From Cladosporium halotolerans (taxonomy: Eukaryota), in assembly GCF_011745625.1 (NCBI RefSeq), contig NW_027191455.1, forward strand, positions 310,001 through 374,000: a stretch of 64,000 bases of DNA, read 5' to 3'. Each line of letters begins with the position of its first letter. Position 1 is the stretch's first letter. Made by a program: the position numbers and the translations under genes. The notes under the pieces were generated by a model, which was not told where the DNA came from, made no database searches, and saw only the letters and a list, made by a program, of their open reading frames with translations. Below are positions 23,760 to 36,794 of the stretch, in pieces.

Positions 23760-25630
23760 TCAAGCCTTACGCAAGACTTGCTCTACCTGTGTTGCGGCTC
23801 CGAGTATCTTTTCCTCATCGAAGCGCCGCCCGACAAGTTGTAACCCAACGTGATGGCCATCCATTGCTTCCGCGTCATACCTTTGCCAATTCCACGCATC
23901 GTTTGGGTTTCGAGGCTCGTATCCCTGCAGGGCAATATCATGCTTTGAAGCTTTGCCGGCAGGAAAGCTAAGCGCCGTATAGTCGAGTATGTTGAAGACC
24001 TTGGTGTACCCGACCCAGCGGCAGCTCCTGTGCGTCATTGCAGTATGCGGCATTGTCGGCATAAGAACGACGTCGACACAGCGGCCGGTGGGTGATCTTT
24101 TCTCGTTCCACATCGTGTGATACGCCTGTTGGGCAGCTATCTTCCTTTTGTTCAGCTGCCAATATTCGTAGACTGAGATCGGAGGAGCGCGATCAATCAG
24201 CGACTGGACGTGCGGGAGAAACGGCTCTCCGCCCTCAGTCACAGCTTGACGGATGTCTTCGCCGCCATCCGCAGTGTAGTACTCGTCCTATCATCGTCAG
24301 CGTCACCCCACATACATTTCACTTAAGATGTTTCCACTTAAAGTTCTTACCATGATGGAAATGCAGTCAGCGTGCAACGAGGCGTCCCACTCAACTATTT
24401 CATGTCCAGCGTCGATCAACTTTTCTACCGTCTCTTTGAGCACTCTCTCGACAGGTGGATGAACTTTGACAACTCCATCATCTAGTAGCACGCCAATGAC
24501 TAGCGGTCGATGCGAAAACGTTTGGAATTCGTTCTCTTTCCATGGCAATGGAGGTAGTTGAGGATCCGACTTCCATGGTTCTGATTCAATGACTGCCTTC
24601 GTGACCAGCGAAAGCGAGCTTAACGAGCGAGCCATGGGACCAACCGCGGACGGAACATGCTGCTGTCCCTCGGTCGACACCGCTACACCTTGATATGACA
24701 TGCGGCCGCTCTTTGTTGAATGTCAGCCAATTGACATACACGTTGGACAAAGGGGCGGGAAAACCTACGCTTGGTTTCAGACCCCAGAGCCCGTTCATAT
24801 GGCTCGGGATTCTTATAGATCCACCAATATCAGTACCCCAACCGATCAAAGAACCATTCAGCGCCAACAATGCGCCTTCCCCGCCGGATGAGCCACCTGA
24901 CGTAAATTTGGGATTGAGCGGGTGAGTTGTCAATCCCCAGAGAGGGTTCTCGCACTCGCACCACTGACTTATTAGATCAGTGAAATTTCTCGAGGTCAGA
25001 GGAAACATACCATGATACTCTGTGGGAGATTGGTCTTTGCGATGATGACCGCACCGAGCTGCCTGAGAACACTGACAAGTAGTGCATCGGAAGTCGCTGG
25101 AGCGAACGCTCGACCCACGTAGCCAAGAGAGGAATCGAATCCCTCCACGTCGAATTGGTCTTTCAGTGATACTGGAACGCCATGGAGAGGACCAACGAGC
25201 GCACCATATTCCATCATGGAAGCGTCAAGGCTTTTTGCTTGCTTCATGGCGTCTTCAAAGCAGATTTCCGTGAGGCAGTTCGTCTCAAGTATAGTTCAGC
25301 CGTATGTCCTCACTGCTGTATCAATAAACATACCTTGTTGTGTGCATCACATGCTCTGAGAGTCAGTTAGAGAGGCCCATTGTGGTCCAGTGAAGATTTG
25401 GCGTACTTATCTATGTAGGCCGTGATGACTTCTTGAACGGAAGCTTGGCCGCTCTGATACAGCTTCGTGAGTGGCTCGATGTCGGCAAGCTCTGTGAAAT
25501 TGATCACGGGCCTTCGAGTCTTGCTTAAGTCTCGAGGCTTCTTGATATGCTCTTCCCTGATGGCTCGTTTCGCTGCTACGACCTCTGTCCATGGCCTTTG
25601 AAGCGATGGAGAATCTTCGGCCACTGTCAT
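23760..25630 (-). CDS. hxnN: Amidase-signature family amidase, HxnN-like; multi-intron
   Basis: [20 protein letters not shown] and [11 protein letters not shown] (Lys-cisSer-Ser triad), with C-terminal [13 protein letters not shown]. Confidence 0.85.
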
Positions 25631-26327
25631 ATTGTGTGGTCTTGCTTTCCCTTGACAACGAACTTCGATATATCACAGGCTCATATGTACCGCTCCTTCA
25701 AATTCAATGACTAGGGCGCAGGTACTTTTAAGGCCCTCCAATTGAAGATTGTAGCTGGACGGGCGGCGGCTACGGTGTCGACTGCCTCGGCGGCCAAAGG
25801 TGGGGACTTGCTGGAATGCAATACCCGTCGGAGCGACCTTATCAACGACGCCCCACGCAGGTAACATTTCCGTCGCTCGGGTTGCGATCACGATCTTCGC
25901 TGGTCAGTCAATATCCATGCTCCACACGATCATTTAGAGCACGGCGAATGTCTGTCGAGACTGTACATAATAGATGCGACACCTTCGACTTGGTCTCGTG
26001 ACATGTCAACGATGAGCCACAATATCATAATGAGAGATCATTGAGAGATCATTGCGTATTCGTACAGTCACGTCTGATCTTTACCAAATCGAAAGGTCTG
26101 GTGTACAAATATCGGAAAGTAAATGAAGGCAGGACAAGGACGCCGCGTGTACTTCATGTGGGAGCAGGGGCCATCTTGGCGACTTCAGCGGAAATCAAGA
26201 GTCCCGAACTGTCCCATGGTGTATATATCAGTAGTGTAACTAAATTGTAAACCCTCTACGGGCTATCCACACGCGTCGTCTTTGCGATTTTGATGATACT
26301 CTCAAATGGGCGATAGCCGCTTCCCTT

Positions 26328-27970
26328 CTAGATGGCAGCGTGCCCAGCGGTCTCGAAGGGCAGACCAAACGCGACAGCCCCGACAGCGATCCACATAGCA
26401 GCACTGACATAGATTGGCACCACCGAGAACCCAGTATAGGTTCCGATGAGAGACGCGACGAGCGAACCGAGGCGAAGGTTCGTAGCTGCCTGACCGGTAC
26501 CAAGACCACGATGCGGACCTGGAAAAGACTCTGGCGTGATGGCGTACATGATAGCGTACATGAAATTAGCCAGCAGGCTGCTGACGCAGTTGAACGCCAA
26601 GTCCATTGATTGCGAGCCTGCCGCAGAGTAGCCATACAGGAAGGCCCCCGTTATGATTGCCGAACCACCCATACACCACCGTCGACCAAGCCTAGTCCTC
26701 ACGAGGAGCGAGGCCGAGATTGGACCACAAACGCCGACCGCCGAGACGATGCAGTAGTTCCTGTAGGTGTCGTCGAAAGATCCGGAGGGAAATCGTTGAG
26801 CCAAGTATGTCGGCAGGAAATTGAAGAAGAGTGGATATGCGATACCGATGGTTAGCCAGATCAACCAGAGAATACCTGTCTGTTGGCCGAGTTTGCGAGT
26901 CGAAAAGAGAGCCGCGTAGTTCATGGGCTTGAAGTCGCGCACATTATCTCTCAATATCTGAGCCTTGGATAGCTTCTTCGTCTGGCCTTCTTCAACATTC
27001 GTCACAAGGCCCAGCTGTGCGTCCACCTCCTGTAGCATTGCAAGCGTCAAGGGCTCAGGCACCTCGTTGCATCTGGCAATGTAGTTGACAGCCTCGACTG
27101 CTTGCTCGTCTCGGCCCTTTGCAAGCAAGAATCGGGGCGACTCTGGCATCTTGAAGAAGAAGATTCGGATCACCGCAAATGCGAGAGCTATGCCACCCAG
27201 TGTGATCATCGTGTATCTCCAGCCCATATTGTCGGTCTTTTGGCAAATCTCGGCGTCGGAAGCGCAGCTAAAGTTTGCCAGGAATACCCAGGCTATCAGA
27301 GACACGATCACCTGGCCGAGATTCCACCAAGCAGACAATGCAGTAACCAGATACTGGTGCGATCCCGGTATGAACTCGAGGAAGATCATAGAGTCTACTG
27401 GGACGTTCCCGCCCGCGGCGGTGCCAATGATCGACCAGAAGAAACAGAATGCTCCAAAGTTATCGAGCCCTGCAACAGCGGCACCGAAAACTGCACCGAT
27501 CAGGATTGTCGCATTGAAGGCCATTTTGCGTCCGGTGAAGTCGCATGACATTCCCCAAAACGAAGCTCCAAAAATCATGCCGGCATAGTATGCGATCGAA
27601 CTAATGGTAACCCGGCTGACGTCGGTGAACTCCAAGGCGACTGCGGGCTGGATCGCGCTTATGCTTTGAGACCAGCTTCTCATTGTGTCAGTGCGACGTT
27701 TTGACAAGACTTGGTCAAGGAGCCTCACAAATTGTCCGTGATCCAGCCGAAACCAGTCACCACAAAGAGCGCCCACTGGTAGCGACCCATTCCAATCTCG
27801 GTCATACACCCAGCCACGAGCTCAGACTTCATACGATATGACTCCGAGATCGAGCCTCCAAAGAAGTCTTTATTTGCCTGAGCATCGGTTGACTCAACGA
27901 TGCCGACGGCATGGTCAGAATCAGCCTCGACGCTGTATTCGTTTACCTTCTCAGCCGCGGCAAGAGCCAT
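26328..27970 (-). CDS. hxnZ: MFS transporter (SV2/sugar-transporter-like), HxnZ-like; 1 intron
   Basis: MGRYQWALFVVTGFGW, SCDFTGRK, GGNVPVD, MPESPRFL and TPESFP, with multiple hydrophobic helices. Intron at about 27677-27727. Confidence 0.75.
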
Positions 27971-28611
27971 GAGGAAAACTTGGTGTCAAACGTTGACGAC
28001 GAATTCAAGGCACAAATTGGGGTTTTACCACCCTGATCTTCGAGACTCGAATATATCTATGTAATGGCTAATCAAGCCCATCCTCTATGCCGTGGCCAAT
28101 CATCTTCATGACTCTGCCAGAATGCTGAGAGTGGGGGAAAGCCTGAAAGCCGGGGGTCCTATCACGTTCATTGCGCCACAATCGGCGTGACAGATACGCA
28201 CCTGCTGTCTATCTCGACAGCAAGACCCATGTATGTCAGGCCTTTAGAAAGTGGCTAGAGCAGCGCGCAATGCTTTCCGCCAAGATACCAGTATTCACGG
28301 GCCCACCATTGCACCCTCTACTGATGTGGTCAGTCAATTCGAATGACGTGAGCAGAGGGCTTCCTGAGTGGACGCTTTCGCGATGCATGGACATCCACAT
28401 TGATTGCTGCGGAAGCTGCCTAGTTCGATTGTGACACCAATCACTTCGACGGATTAGGGAAAATGGGAGGCTCAACCAATGAGGACTTAGTCAAACATTG
28501 TTACCTTTGTTGCATCTTTAGTCTTGTGAGAACATCGATGATCGCTTTGGTACGACTTCGATACGTTCATTGGGAGAGTTTGAGCATGGCTAAATTTAAA
28601 TAATGACTCTT

Positions 28612-30718
28612 TCAAGCTTCCAGAAATCCAGCGAAATAGTCATCGATCCAAATCGCAGCTTCCTGGCCATTACCTTGGAGACCATGGTCCCACCGCTTCA
28701 GTGTCCCAACGTACCCATCTGGTCGAACAATTACTACTGCAACTTCGGAAACGTCCAGACCACCCAGCCAAGCTTGACTACAGCTTCGTACGCCGCCCAT
28801 CGCATTGGGGATATCGTCCAAGTAGAAAGCCCAACTACTGCTCTGGAGAAGAGGGTGTAGGTCCGCGATCTCCACAGTTGATTTCGGAGCTGTCGTGACG
28901 ACCGCAGGTGTGTACAGCCGCGAGACAGCAGTGTATCTTTGTGGCTGCATGTAGATGGCAGAATCTGGGATCGGCGTATTGAGTCTTCCATAGCTTGTCT
29001 CTGCAAGTGCCGACGCACGGTAGAGGCAAGACTGTTCATTGCCTCCAATGTAGTCAGAGACATTGTTGAGAAAAGTGGAAGCGGCGTGAACATCAGGCAC
29101 GAAGAAGAAAACCCTGAATTGACCAAGCATCGGTATGTCCAGCTGGAGGTCGAGAGGGTTGGCGTCGATGTATCTGGTGACTCGCGCAGGCGTGAGAAGG
29201 CATCCCGCTTTGAGCTGGCCTTTAGGAGTGGTTTCGGGCTGGTTGAGAACGTTGGCGTTGTACTTGACACCCGCCCCGGATATGAAGCTGATGTTATTCG
29301 AGAAGTTTTCGGCTAACGCTTTGTCGTCGCCAGCTGCGAAAGCATTCGCGTGTTCGAAATCAAAATTGACCAAATCCTGGGCAATCTTCCTACGCTCATG
29401 CTCATAAGTCGCGAGTAGCGACGGCTTAGCCAGGCCACGAAGGGCCAGATTGAGCTTCCAAGAGAGATTGAAAGTATCATGCATGCTCGTATTCATGCCC
29501 TGTGCGGCTTTTGGCGAGTGTGTGTGACAAGCCTGTGTAGTGTCAGCGCTCCAGGTAAGGCCCACTGCATGGTACATGGTGTCTTACATCTCCTGCCAGG
29601 AACACTCGGTTCGAGTCGTCTGAGAAGCCGCTTGCCACCCTCTGTCCAACTTTGTACACGGAGAACCACTCTGCAGAGAATGAGCGAGTGTACCTCCCAA
29701 GCATGCGAGGAATAACTCACCAATGCTGTCCCATTCTAGAGTATAAGGTGCAATGATCTCTCGAGCCCGACGGATCACAAATTCCTGCTTCTCTTGTTCG
29801 GAGGTGAATGAGGCTTCGAAGCCGGAGCTCAATTCGATGTAGAGTCGGGTCATGTTTCGTTCGCGAGGGATCAACAGGATCGTGCCTTTGGTCTCAGAAT
29901 GGATAACCACCTTTGACCAAAGATCCGGGAAATCAGTCTTGATGACACCATCCAACACTCCCCAGGGTGCTTTACTTGGCTCGCCTTCCATGGCAAGGTT
30001 GGGAATTGCTTTTCGGACTTTCGAATGCGCCCCATCGCAACCGACCAAATACTTCGTCTTCAGCAAAGTTGTTTGGCCCGACTTTGGACTGGTGTAAGAG
30101 ACCACAAGTGGATCAATGGCAGTCTCGCTGCTTGCATAGGTGACGAATGGGGAGCTGCGGTCGACCGCAACATTTCTCTCGGCCATGTCTGTCAACAATA
30201 CATCTTCCATCATGCCTTGGTGGACTAGCAGGATGTAGGGATCCTTGACATTGACACTCTCAGGATAATGTATTTCACGTCCAGTCCGGTGGAGCGACGC
30301 ATCGCTTGAAGAATTCTGACACCCGCGTCAGCGAGTACACTTAACAGTGGATTAGGTAGAAAGCCACACCCAGAAACAAATGTCATAGACTTTGACACCA
30401 TTGCGCAGAAGATCATCTCCGAGGTTTAACTGTCGCAATGTTTCTATCGACTTGGGTTGCAAGCCATCTGCCCTTCCAGTAGCAGTTTTGTCGGGTCTAT
30501 CGTCCAAGATTCTGCTTCTAATGCCGTAACGTGCCAGTGTGCATCTGAGCCCGTCGAGTCAGTCTATGCCGCATCTCTAATTACGATCGAACTTCTACCT
30601 ACGCGAGCATCAAACCTGCTGGGCCGGCGCCCGCAATGACGACGTCTTCGATATCAACGTTTCGGAACACATCGTTTCCAGCAATTGTAGAGTCGTCACC
30701 AAGGGCCATAGGTGCCAT
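28612..30718 (-). CDS. hxnV: Phenol 2-monooxygenase-family FAD monooxygenase, HxnV-like; ~4 introns
   Basis: ATG 30718 reads ...[12 protein letters not shown], then [44 protein letters not shown] and C-terminal VIVRPDGYV. The first three exons splice in frame by hand. Confidence 0.88.
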
Positions 30719-31210
30719 CCTGATGAGAGTGAATTTATTCAATGTGTTATTGTCGCCTCTCTCGCATAGATGAGATGACCTGACAATTAATGCATATTCT
30801 CCAAAGACCCGTACGTAGGTCGACCTACCGTGATCCCTCAGTCAACGATCCCTAGGCAGCTTGCAGTCCACGTTTAGCCACATGATCCCCCACTTCTGCG
30901 GGTTGGCCGGGTCTTACGCAGACATGAGCGGGTCCACTCCAGTCACTCGCAGGAAGGTTGTTTGTCAGATCAAGGGCAACGCGATAAGACAGAGAAGTCA
31001 TCCGCCGAGCGGCTTGTGCTGCCGCCCCAGGCTTGGCACCACCACGGCATGTATCTCTCCACAACATGGGATCGCGGCCATCGTTGCCGACGGGACAAAC
31101 GGAGCGACTCAATAGTGACAAATGTATAGCTGCTGCGAGCGTTTGATGGCTGAAATTACTGCAGTATTGCCGTTGCTCTTCGAACACTCCTTCAACCCTT
31201 AATGTTGCCC

Positions 31211-31240
31211 CGCGATAGCCTGCGATAGCCCGCGATAGCG
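31211..31240 (+). repeat. Three tandem 10-bp units (YGCGATAGCS), each with an HGATAR GATA-factor site
   Basis: Reads cgcgatagcc tgcgatagcc cgcgatagcg, about 500 bp upstream of the hxnV-like ATG. Confidence 0.8.
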
Positions 31241-31373
31241 TTGTACAGCATCATGGCACACACACATCCGGAGTGACACTGTTCGATACATGCGTATCTC
31301 CCAATTCTCTACCTCAATTTGCGTTCCCGTGACTAAAGATACCATCTTGCCTTGCGTTTGCTGCACACGAAGA

Positions 31374-32708
31374 TCACCAGGCGAGATTGGGCCTTTCAGC
31401 TGCACAACTTTCGACCTGAGAGCAGAACGCTTCGTCTTCGGCCCCTTTAGAAGATCCGACAGATGGCTTGGACTTTGCAGGCCAAATCTGTCTTCCTTCT
31501 TGCTGTTCAAGCTTCCAGTGCACCGACAAGGCCTCCCTCACACGTTGCTGGAAGAAGATATGGCCCTGAGGGTCAAATGTCAGTCACTGTGTGCGTAGTG
31601 TCCTGGTTGCATACGTACACTTTCTTTCCGCGGATGCAGTTGCCCTGATGTGAAGACGCCTGCCTCCAGGTTCACTTGGCTTCCCTCACACAAGGCTTTG
31701 TCTTCATCAAGGACCTGTTTGTAAAACTCGCAGATGTTGGCGAACTCCTGGTCACTCGCATTCTTATGGCGGTACACTTCGTTCTCAATCTTGCTTCTAG
31801 TTGCTGAGAGAGGTACCATGCGCTGAATGTAGAAGAAGTTATCCCTGTCATAGGTCAGCCGGCGGTGACGAAACTTGCGGATGCGTTGCAGTCGATGGCT
31901 TACGTGCAAGTCACAGAAGTCGTCGGATAGCAGAAGGTGATCGCTCTTCGAAATTGAGCATCACTCGACTCTTTGTTGAAAATGTAATGCCGCATCTGAG
32001 ATCCGGTGGGCTCAACGCGGTACTTGTTAAGATCCGACACGCCTGCAATCAAGGGTGTGAGGTGGCACAGTGATAGCACTCATTGTAGTTGTCGATCAAA
32101 GACTTCCAGTTCGCCGACACGTTCATGGACCAGCAGTGATCCAGCTTAAATTCTTCTTCAAACTTGAATTGGCTCATCATTTCCTCATCGACCCCTTCGT
32201 TGCTTTTCTCCCAGCTGATGTCAGGCTCACCGGCTTGTAGGTTCGCCCAGATGAAGCCAAATTTGTCGGTATGGATGTTGACAGGAAAGAGGCTTTGCTG
32301 TGACTTGTCAAATCCCTCCACAGTATCGAAACGTGGAGCCTTCGCAAGCTTTCCGTTAAGACCATAACTCCAGCCGTGGTATTTGCAACTGAGAATGGTG
32401 GCAGTACCACTTTCAGATTGCACAACCGGGAACGCTCGGTGGCGGCAAACATTATGGAACCCGTTGATCTTGCCCTGGCGGTCCCTAACAAGGAAGAAGG
32501 AGTAACCGGCTATGTTGAACTGCTGGTAGTCTCCGGCTTGCGAAAATCGAAGAGTGTGCGTGAGAAGTAGCCAGTCGCGTGAAAAGATGGCCCGGCGTTC
32601 CAATTCATACAGACTTTCTGCCTTGTACCAAGATGCGGGCAAGTTTCGAGGTATGTCATCATTGGCCGGGCAGTCCGAGTTTTGGCGGGTGAAGTAGTGC
32701 CACAACAT
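31374..32708 (-). CDS. Rieske [2Fe-2S] non-heme iron oxygenase alpha subunit (choline monooxygenase-like); 2 introns and an apparent 1-nt frameshift near 32053
   Basis: Rieske motif NVCRHRA...SCKYHGWSY and mononuclear Fe motif [20 protein letters not shown]. After the frameshift it continues [15 protein letters not shown]...[13 protein letters not shown]...GQLHP...RPNLAW*, stop at 31374. Confidence 0.85.
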
Positions 32709-32836
32709 GATGTCGTCAGGGTAAGTAGCTTAGCGATCAGTCTTACAATTTCGGGGAGTCAATGGCTAAGAAGTCTTTGCTTGGATAGCGCGAAGCCCTC
32801 CTTCTCTCAACATCGGTCGGTCAATACTAATACCTA

Positions 32837-32847
32837 CAAGAGTGGGG
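32837..32847 (+). promoter_or_regulatory. CAAGAGTGGGG, candidate HxnR-binding site upstream of the Rieske gene
   Basis: Exact copy of the cluster 11-mer about 130 bp upstream of the Rieske ATG, with AGATAG (GATA) at about 32860. Confidence 0.6.
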
Positions 32848-33338
32848 GGATTAGCGGGTAGATAGGCGTGAGCGGCTCGAGGAAGCCCTAGTTGCCGGTG
32901 ATAGCACTTGGCCTGTCAGACAAACTGCGAGGAATCTTGAGTCCATGACATTGTCTTGAATCCCGGTGAGTCCAATCGTTTAAGTTTTCTGCGCCACCTC
33001 GAGGGCTTTCTCGAAGGCAGGATCTCGATGCCAAATGACGAACTGCGCTAATGTCACCGTAGATTTCCAAGGGGCGGTTAATTATGCTCGAGGTGCGCAT
33101 AATTTGCGGATAATTGGTCGCTTCTTAAAATATTGACCAATGCAGCCAACTGCGTTCAAACGTCTTCAGCACAGTTCGTGTCGTTGGCACAAGGAACAGC
33201 ATTGCGAGAGGTTGCTGGAGATCAGCAGAAGAGCAGTTTGTTTTCCGAAAGCTTCCGTTCCGTCTTGTGCCGACTCACGCCTTTCTCCTTGCGCGACATG
33301 CGGCATTGTGATACAATCCGACCCATCTCATCAATTGG

Positions 33339-34204
33339 CTACCATTTTGTCACTCCGCCATCTACTAGGATATCCTGGCCCGTCATGTATTTGCTCGCGT
33401 CTGAGGCAAGGAATATACAGGCTCCACGAATGTCGTCTGGGTCCGCCACTGCTCCATTCATGATTTCGTCCTTCCAGTTTTCTAACAGTTGTGGAAATGG
33501 CGCTTTGGCATGTCAGTAAAAATGGACACGCAGTATCAGGACATTCTTACGCACCTGTCATTTCCGTTCGGACATAGCCGGGAGAGATGCTGTTGACTCT
33601 TATCCCGTGTTGCGCCAACTCCACTGCCATTGGTGGACACATCGACTTCACAGCACCCTTGGTGCCGCAGTAAGCACTGGACATTTGGCCTCGAACGGCT
33701 CTGGAAGCCGCAATGGATGCTACCATAACAATCGAGCCTTTGCTGGTCCTGTTGGCGATCATTGCTTTGGCAGCCAGTTGCGCCGTGAAGAATGCGCCTT
33801 TCACATTGACAGAATTCAGCTGATCGAATGCAGTTTCATCAGTCTCAGTGAAAGCCACGTTACGATTCGTTCCTGCGCAGACGACGCATATGTCCAAGGC
33901 TCCATTGGTCACCTTTAGAAAGGACGCGAAGGCCTCTCTGAGACTTGCCACCGAGCTCACATCCGCTTTGAAATCCCAAGTCTTGACAGAGTGTTTGGTG
34001 CTGATTAGGTGAAAGTCCGGAGAAGGATCTATGAGATCAAGTACGACGATGTCCGCCCCAGCTTCCGCGAGGCCCTCTGCAAAGGAGAGACCGCATCCTC
34101 TTGCGCCGCCTGTCACTACGGCGGTGCGGCCCTTGAGTGAGAACTATCGATCTTGTTAGCACAAAGCATCGACATACTGTGACATTTCGTACCCTTGCTA
34201 ACAT
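33339..34204 (-). CDS. hxnW: Short-chain dehydrogenase/reductase (polyol dehydrogenase-like), HxnW-like; 2 introns
   Basis: MLAR|FSLKGRTAVVTGGARGCG (TGxxxGxG), catalytic YCGTK, IRVNSISPGY and C-terminal YMTGQDILVDGG. The start exon is tentative. Confidence 0.85.
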
Positions 34205-34559
34205 TGAGAGAACGTCGTTCCTGCTGATGAACCTACGATCTAGATTGTTGCGAGGTCCCCTTTGCTCAAATAGTCTCTTTCAAAGGACTGATGGCTATTC
34301 AAGCCATAGGTGGACGCCCCCCACCTGCTACCCACTTCTCGCCACATCTTGCTCTGACGGCCCATGGTATCGGTAGACACCTGAGGGTACCTGAAACTAC
34401 GTGCGACTCCTATACAGGTGCCACACATGTGGTCAGACACGCAATTTGCAATGGTACGCATGTTGATTTCGTCCTCTCTTGGTGACTCCTTGCCGTCGTT
34501 GCAATCGTGAAACCCCCATCTACTGACCTGCAGTGCTGTATCCAGCCAAGCGGTGTGTC

Positions 34560-36181
34560 TCAGACGAAATAACGCCAGTCCGGTGACTTCTCGCCCGCTT
34601 GGAGAAGATCTGTATCCACTTCTCCCGCCTTGAGAATGCGTCCTTGCTCGCGGTTCCTACGGTTATTCTCTCTGCGCATCCAAAAACTCATTCCAAGGAC
34701 CGCTGTAATCGATACCACGTTACACAAGGCCGTCGCCGCCAAAGTAGGCCAGTATGAGGGTGCATACTCTGTTCGGAATGTCGCTCCCGAGATGATACCG
34801 CCGAGGTTACCCAGACCAACCAGGAATCCAGTCCTCGCGGCACGGCTGGATTCATCAAGATCATTGTTATTGTGCCTAAACACCGTCAGCGCATGTTCCG
34901 TCGCGCACGATCAAGATCGCCTACCAGGAATGCACCAGCACTGAAGGAATGTAGGCGCCGGAGGCCATGAGGAAGCAAGAGAAATATGCAACGCCTTGAT
35001 GCTCGAGAGCGTCGATGCTGGCGAGTATGACCATGCCGATGAGAGAAATTGTAAGGGCACCCACAATATGGAAGCCGCGCTCTCGGAACTTGTCTGATGA
35101 TTTAGCGAAGCAGAGCAGGACAACGAAGCCGACGCAGTTGGGCGCAACAGTACAGAGATTAGTCTTGACCGTCGAATATCCAAGACGCTGTACTGTCGCC
35201 TTGTCAGCTCGAGACCTCTTAGTTCATTCCACGAGTAGCTCACCAATCTGGGGAAGAAAATTAGACGTGGTGCTGAAGGCCACTGGATACGTAAAACAAA
35301 TGATCGCCCAGTGTGCAAAATGCCAGCTCTTCCAGCTGGCAAAAGCATCCCTCATGCTGAGCTTTGCATTGATCTTGTTGGAGCTGTCTCTCAGCATTCG
35401 AGCTCTCGCCGCAGCCTTCTCCCGCTCATCCAGGAACCACGCAGTTTCCGGCCGTGCCGGCAGGAAGAAGTATGCGATTACGCCGACAATGACGGTCGCG
35501 GCACCTTCGATGAGAAACAACCACTGCCATCCATGAATGCCTGGATAGTTGATCTGGAAGACTCCAAAGCTAATGAGCCCGCTGAACGCTGCCGCCAACA
35601 GCGCACTTCCGAAGAACATGGCCAGCCTGAAACTGAGTTCGCCTCGGGTGTAGAAAAGCGTCAGGTAAAATATGACACTGCAGTAGAATCCGGCCTCGAA
35701 ACTAGCCAGTAGGAGGCGCAGTGGGAGCATCCCCGCGAAGCTCGTGGCGGCAGCCTGGATAGTAGCCATCGATCCCCAACCAACAATGAGCACGGGAAGC
35801 ATTGTTCTGGCCGAAAATCGCTTCGTTAACAACGTCAAAGGAAGGTCCATGACGCCAAACGGCACGCTGAAGAGTAGGATAAGCAAGGAGTATTGGTTGC
35901 CGGTGAAGTTCATGTCTTTGTCCATGCCATCTGTTTTGGCATTCCCGATATTACTCTGTTTTGATGTTAGCACCGACATGTGTAAGAGTAAGTAAGACTT
36001 CGCGTACGCGATCGACTGCGCTAAAAAAGTAGCACAGCGACAAAAACGGCAGCAAATAATAGTCAAGCTTTCTCACGTATGAGCGTTCTGCGTCTTCATC
36101 GATCCCAAGCACTACGTTGCCAACTGCGACTTCTAGTGCTTTCCCCCCGGGCTGAGTCGGCGGATCCGATTTGTAGTCCAT
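34560..36181 (-). CDS. hxnP: MFS anion:cation symporter (Tna1/Dal5 nicotinate permease family), HxnP-like; ~3 introns
   Basis: VRKLDYYLLPFL, DR|SNIGNAKTDGM, LFYTRGELSFR, GWQWLFLIEGAAT and C-terminal DWRYFV. Confidence 0.85.
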
Positions 36182-36588
36182 TGTGGCGAAATCTCTGGGC
36201 AGTGAGAAGATGCTTTTCCCAGTCCGAGACGCAACGAATAAATATACAGTGATCGTTCTCATTTCAAGCTATACTACTGCAAATCATTTATATGCCTATC
36301 GCACCATGCAATTCATGCGCGCATTTTGATATGCTGCACATTTTATCTATTCGCGACTTTTTAGCTTCAGCCACTTGGTGACAGCAGTGGGGTAGATATC
36401 CAATTGCGGTCTTTGGCAGTGTATTCCCATGCGAGGAGTATGTTGTTGCGTGATATGTGCCTGTACGAGTCATTGTCATTGAAGATAGGGCAAAGATAGG
36501 GCTCCGCCTTGGGTGGCCGCTGCCGTTGTTCTCCGCAATTCACCATGCAACGGCCGGCGGCACGCTCAGTCGGTGTTCCCCCCCATCT

Positions 36589-36599
36589 CCCCACTCTTG
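36589..36599 (-). promoter_or_regulatory. CCCCACTCTTG (reverse of CAAGAGTGGGG) in the hxnP/hxnY divergent promoter
   Basis: Exact reverse-complement copy. A second core (AGCAGTGGGG) lies at 36383-36392. Confidence 0.6.
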
Positions 36600-36794
36600 A
36601 GCTACATGTTGAGGGACCCTGGGGCATGCCGGGATCGCCGGCGAGATACGTCCGGTCGGAAGAATGTTGCGACATGATTGGATATATAGAAGGATAATGT
36701 GTTAAGACACAGACGACCCTTTACAGCACATACCTTGAAGCATTCGTCTGAGACTCAACACCCCTTGCATCTGCTCGCCAGACATCTGTTCAAC

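Noticed and set aside
32043..32080. An intron ending at TTGATTGCAG that could bypass the Rieske stop codon
   Set aside because: Any nearby GT donor would excise the essential ECYHC..SH iron ligands. A 1-nt indel explains the data better.
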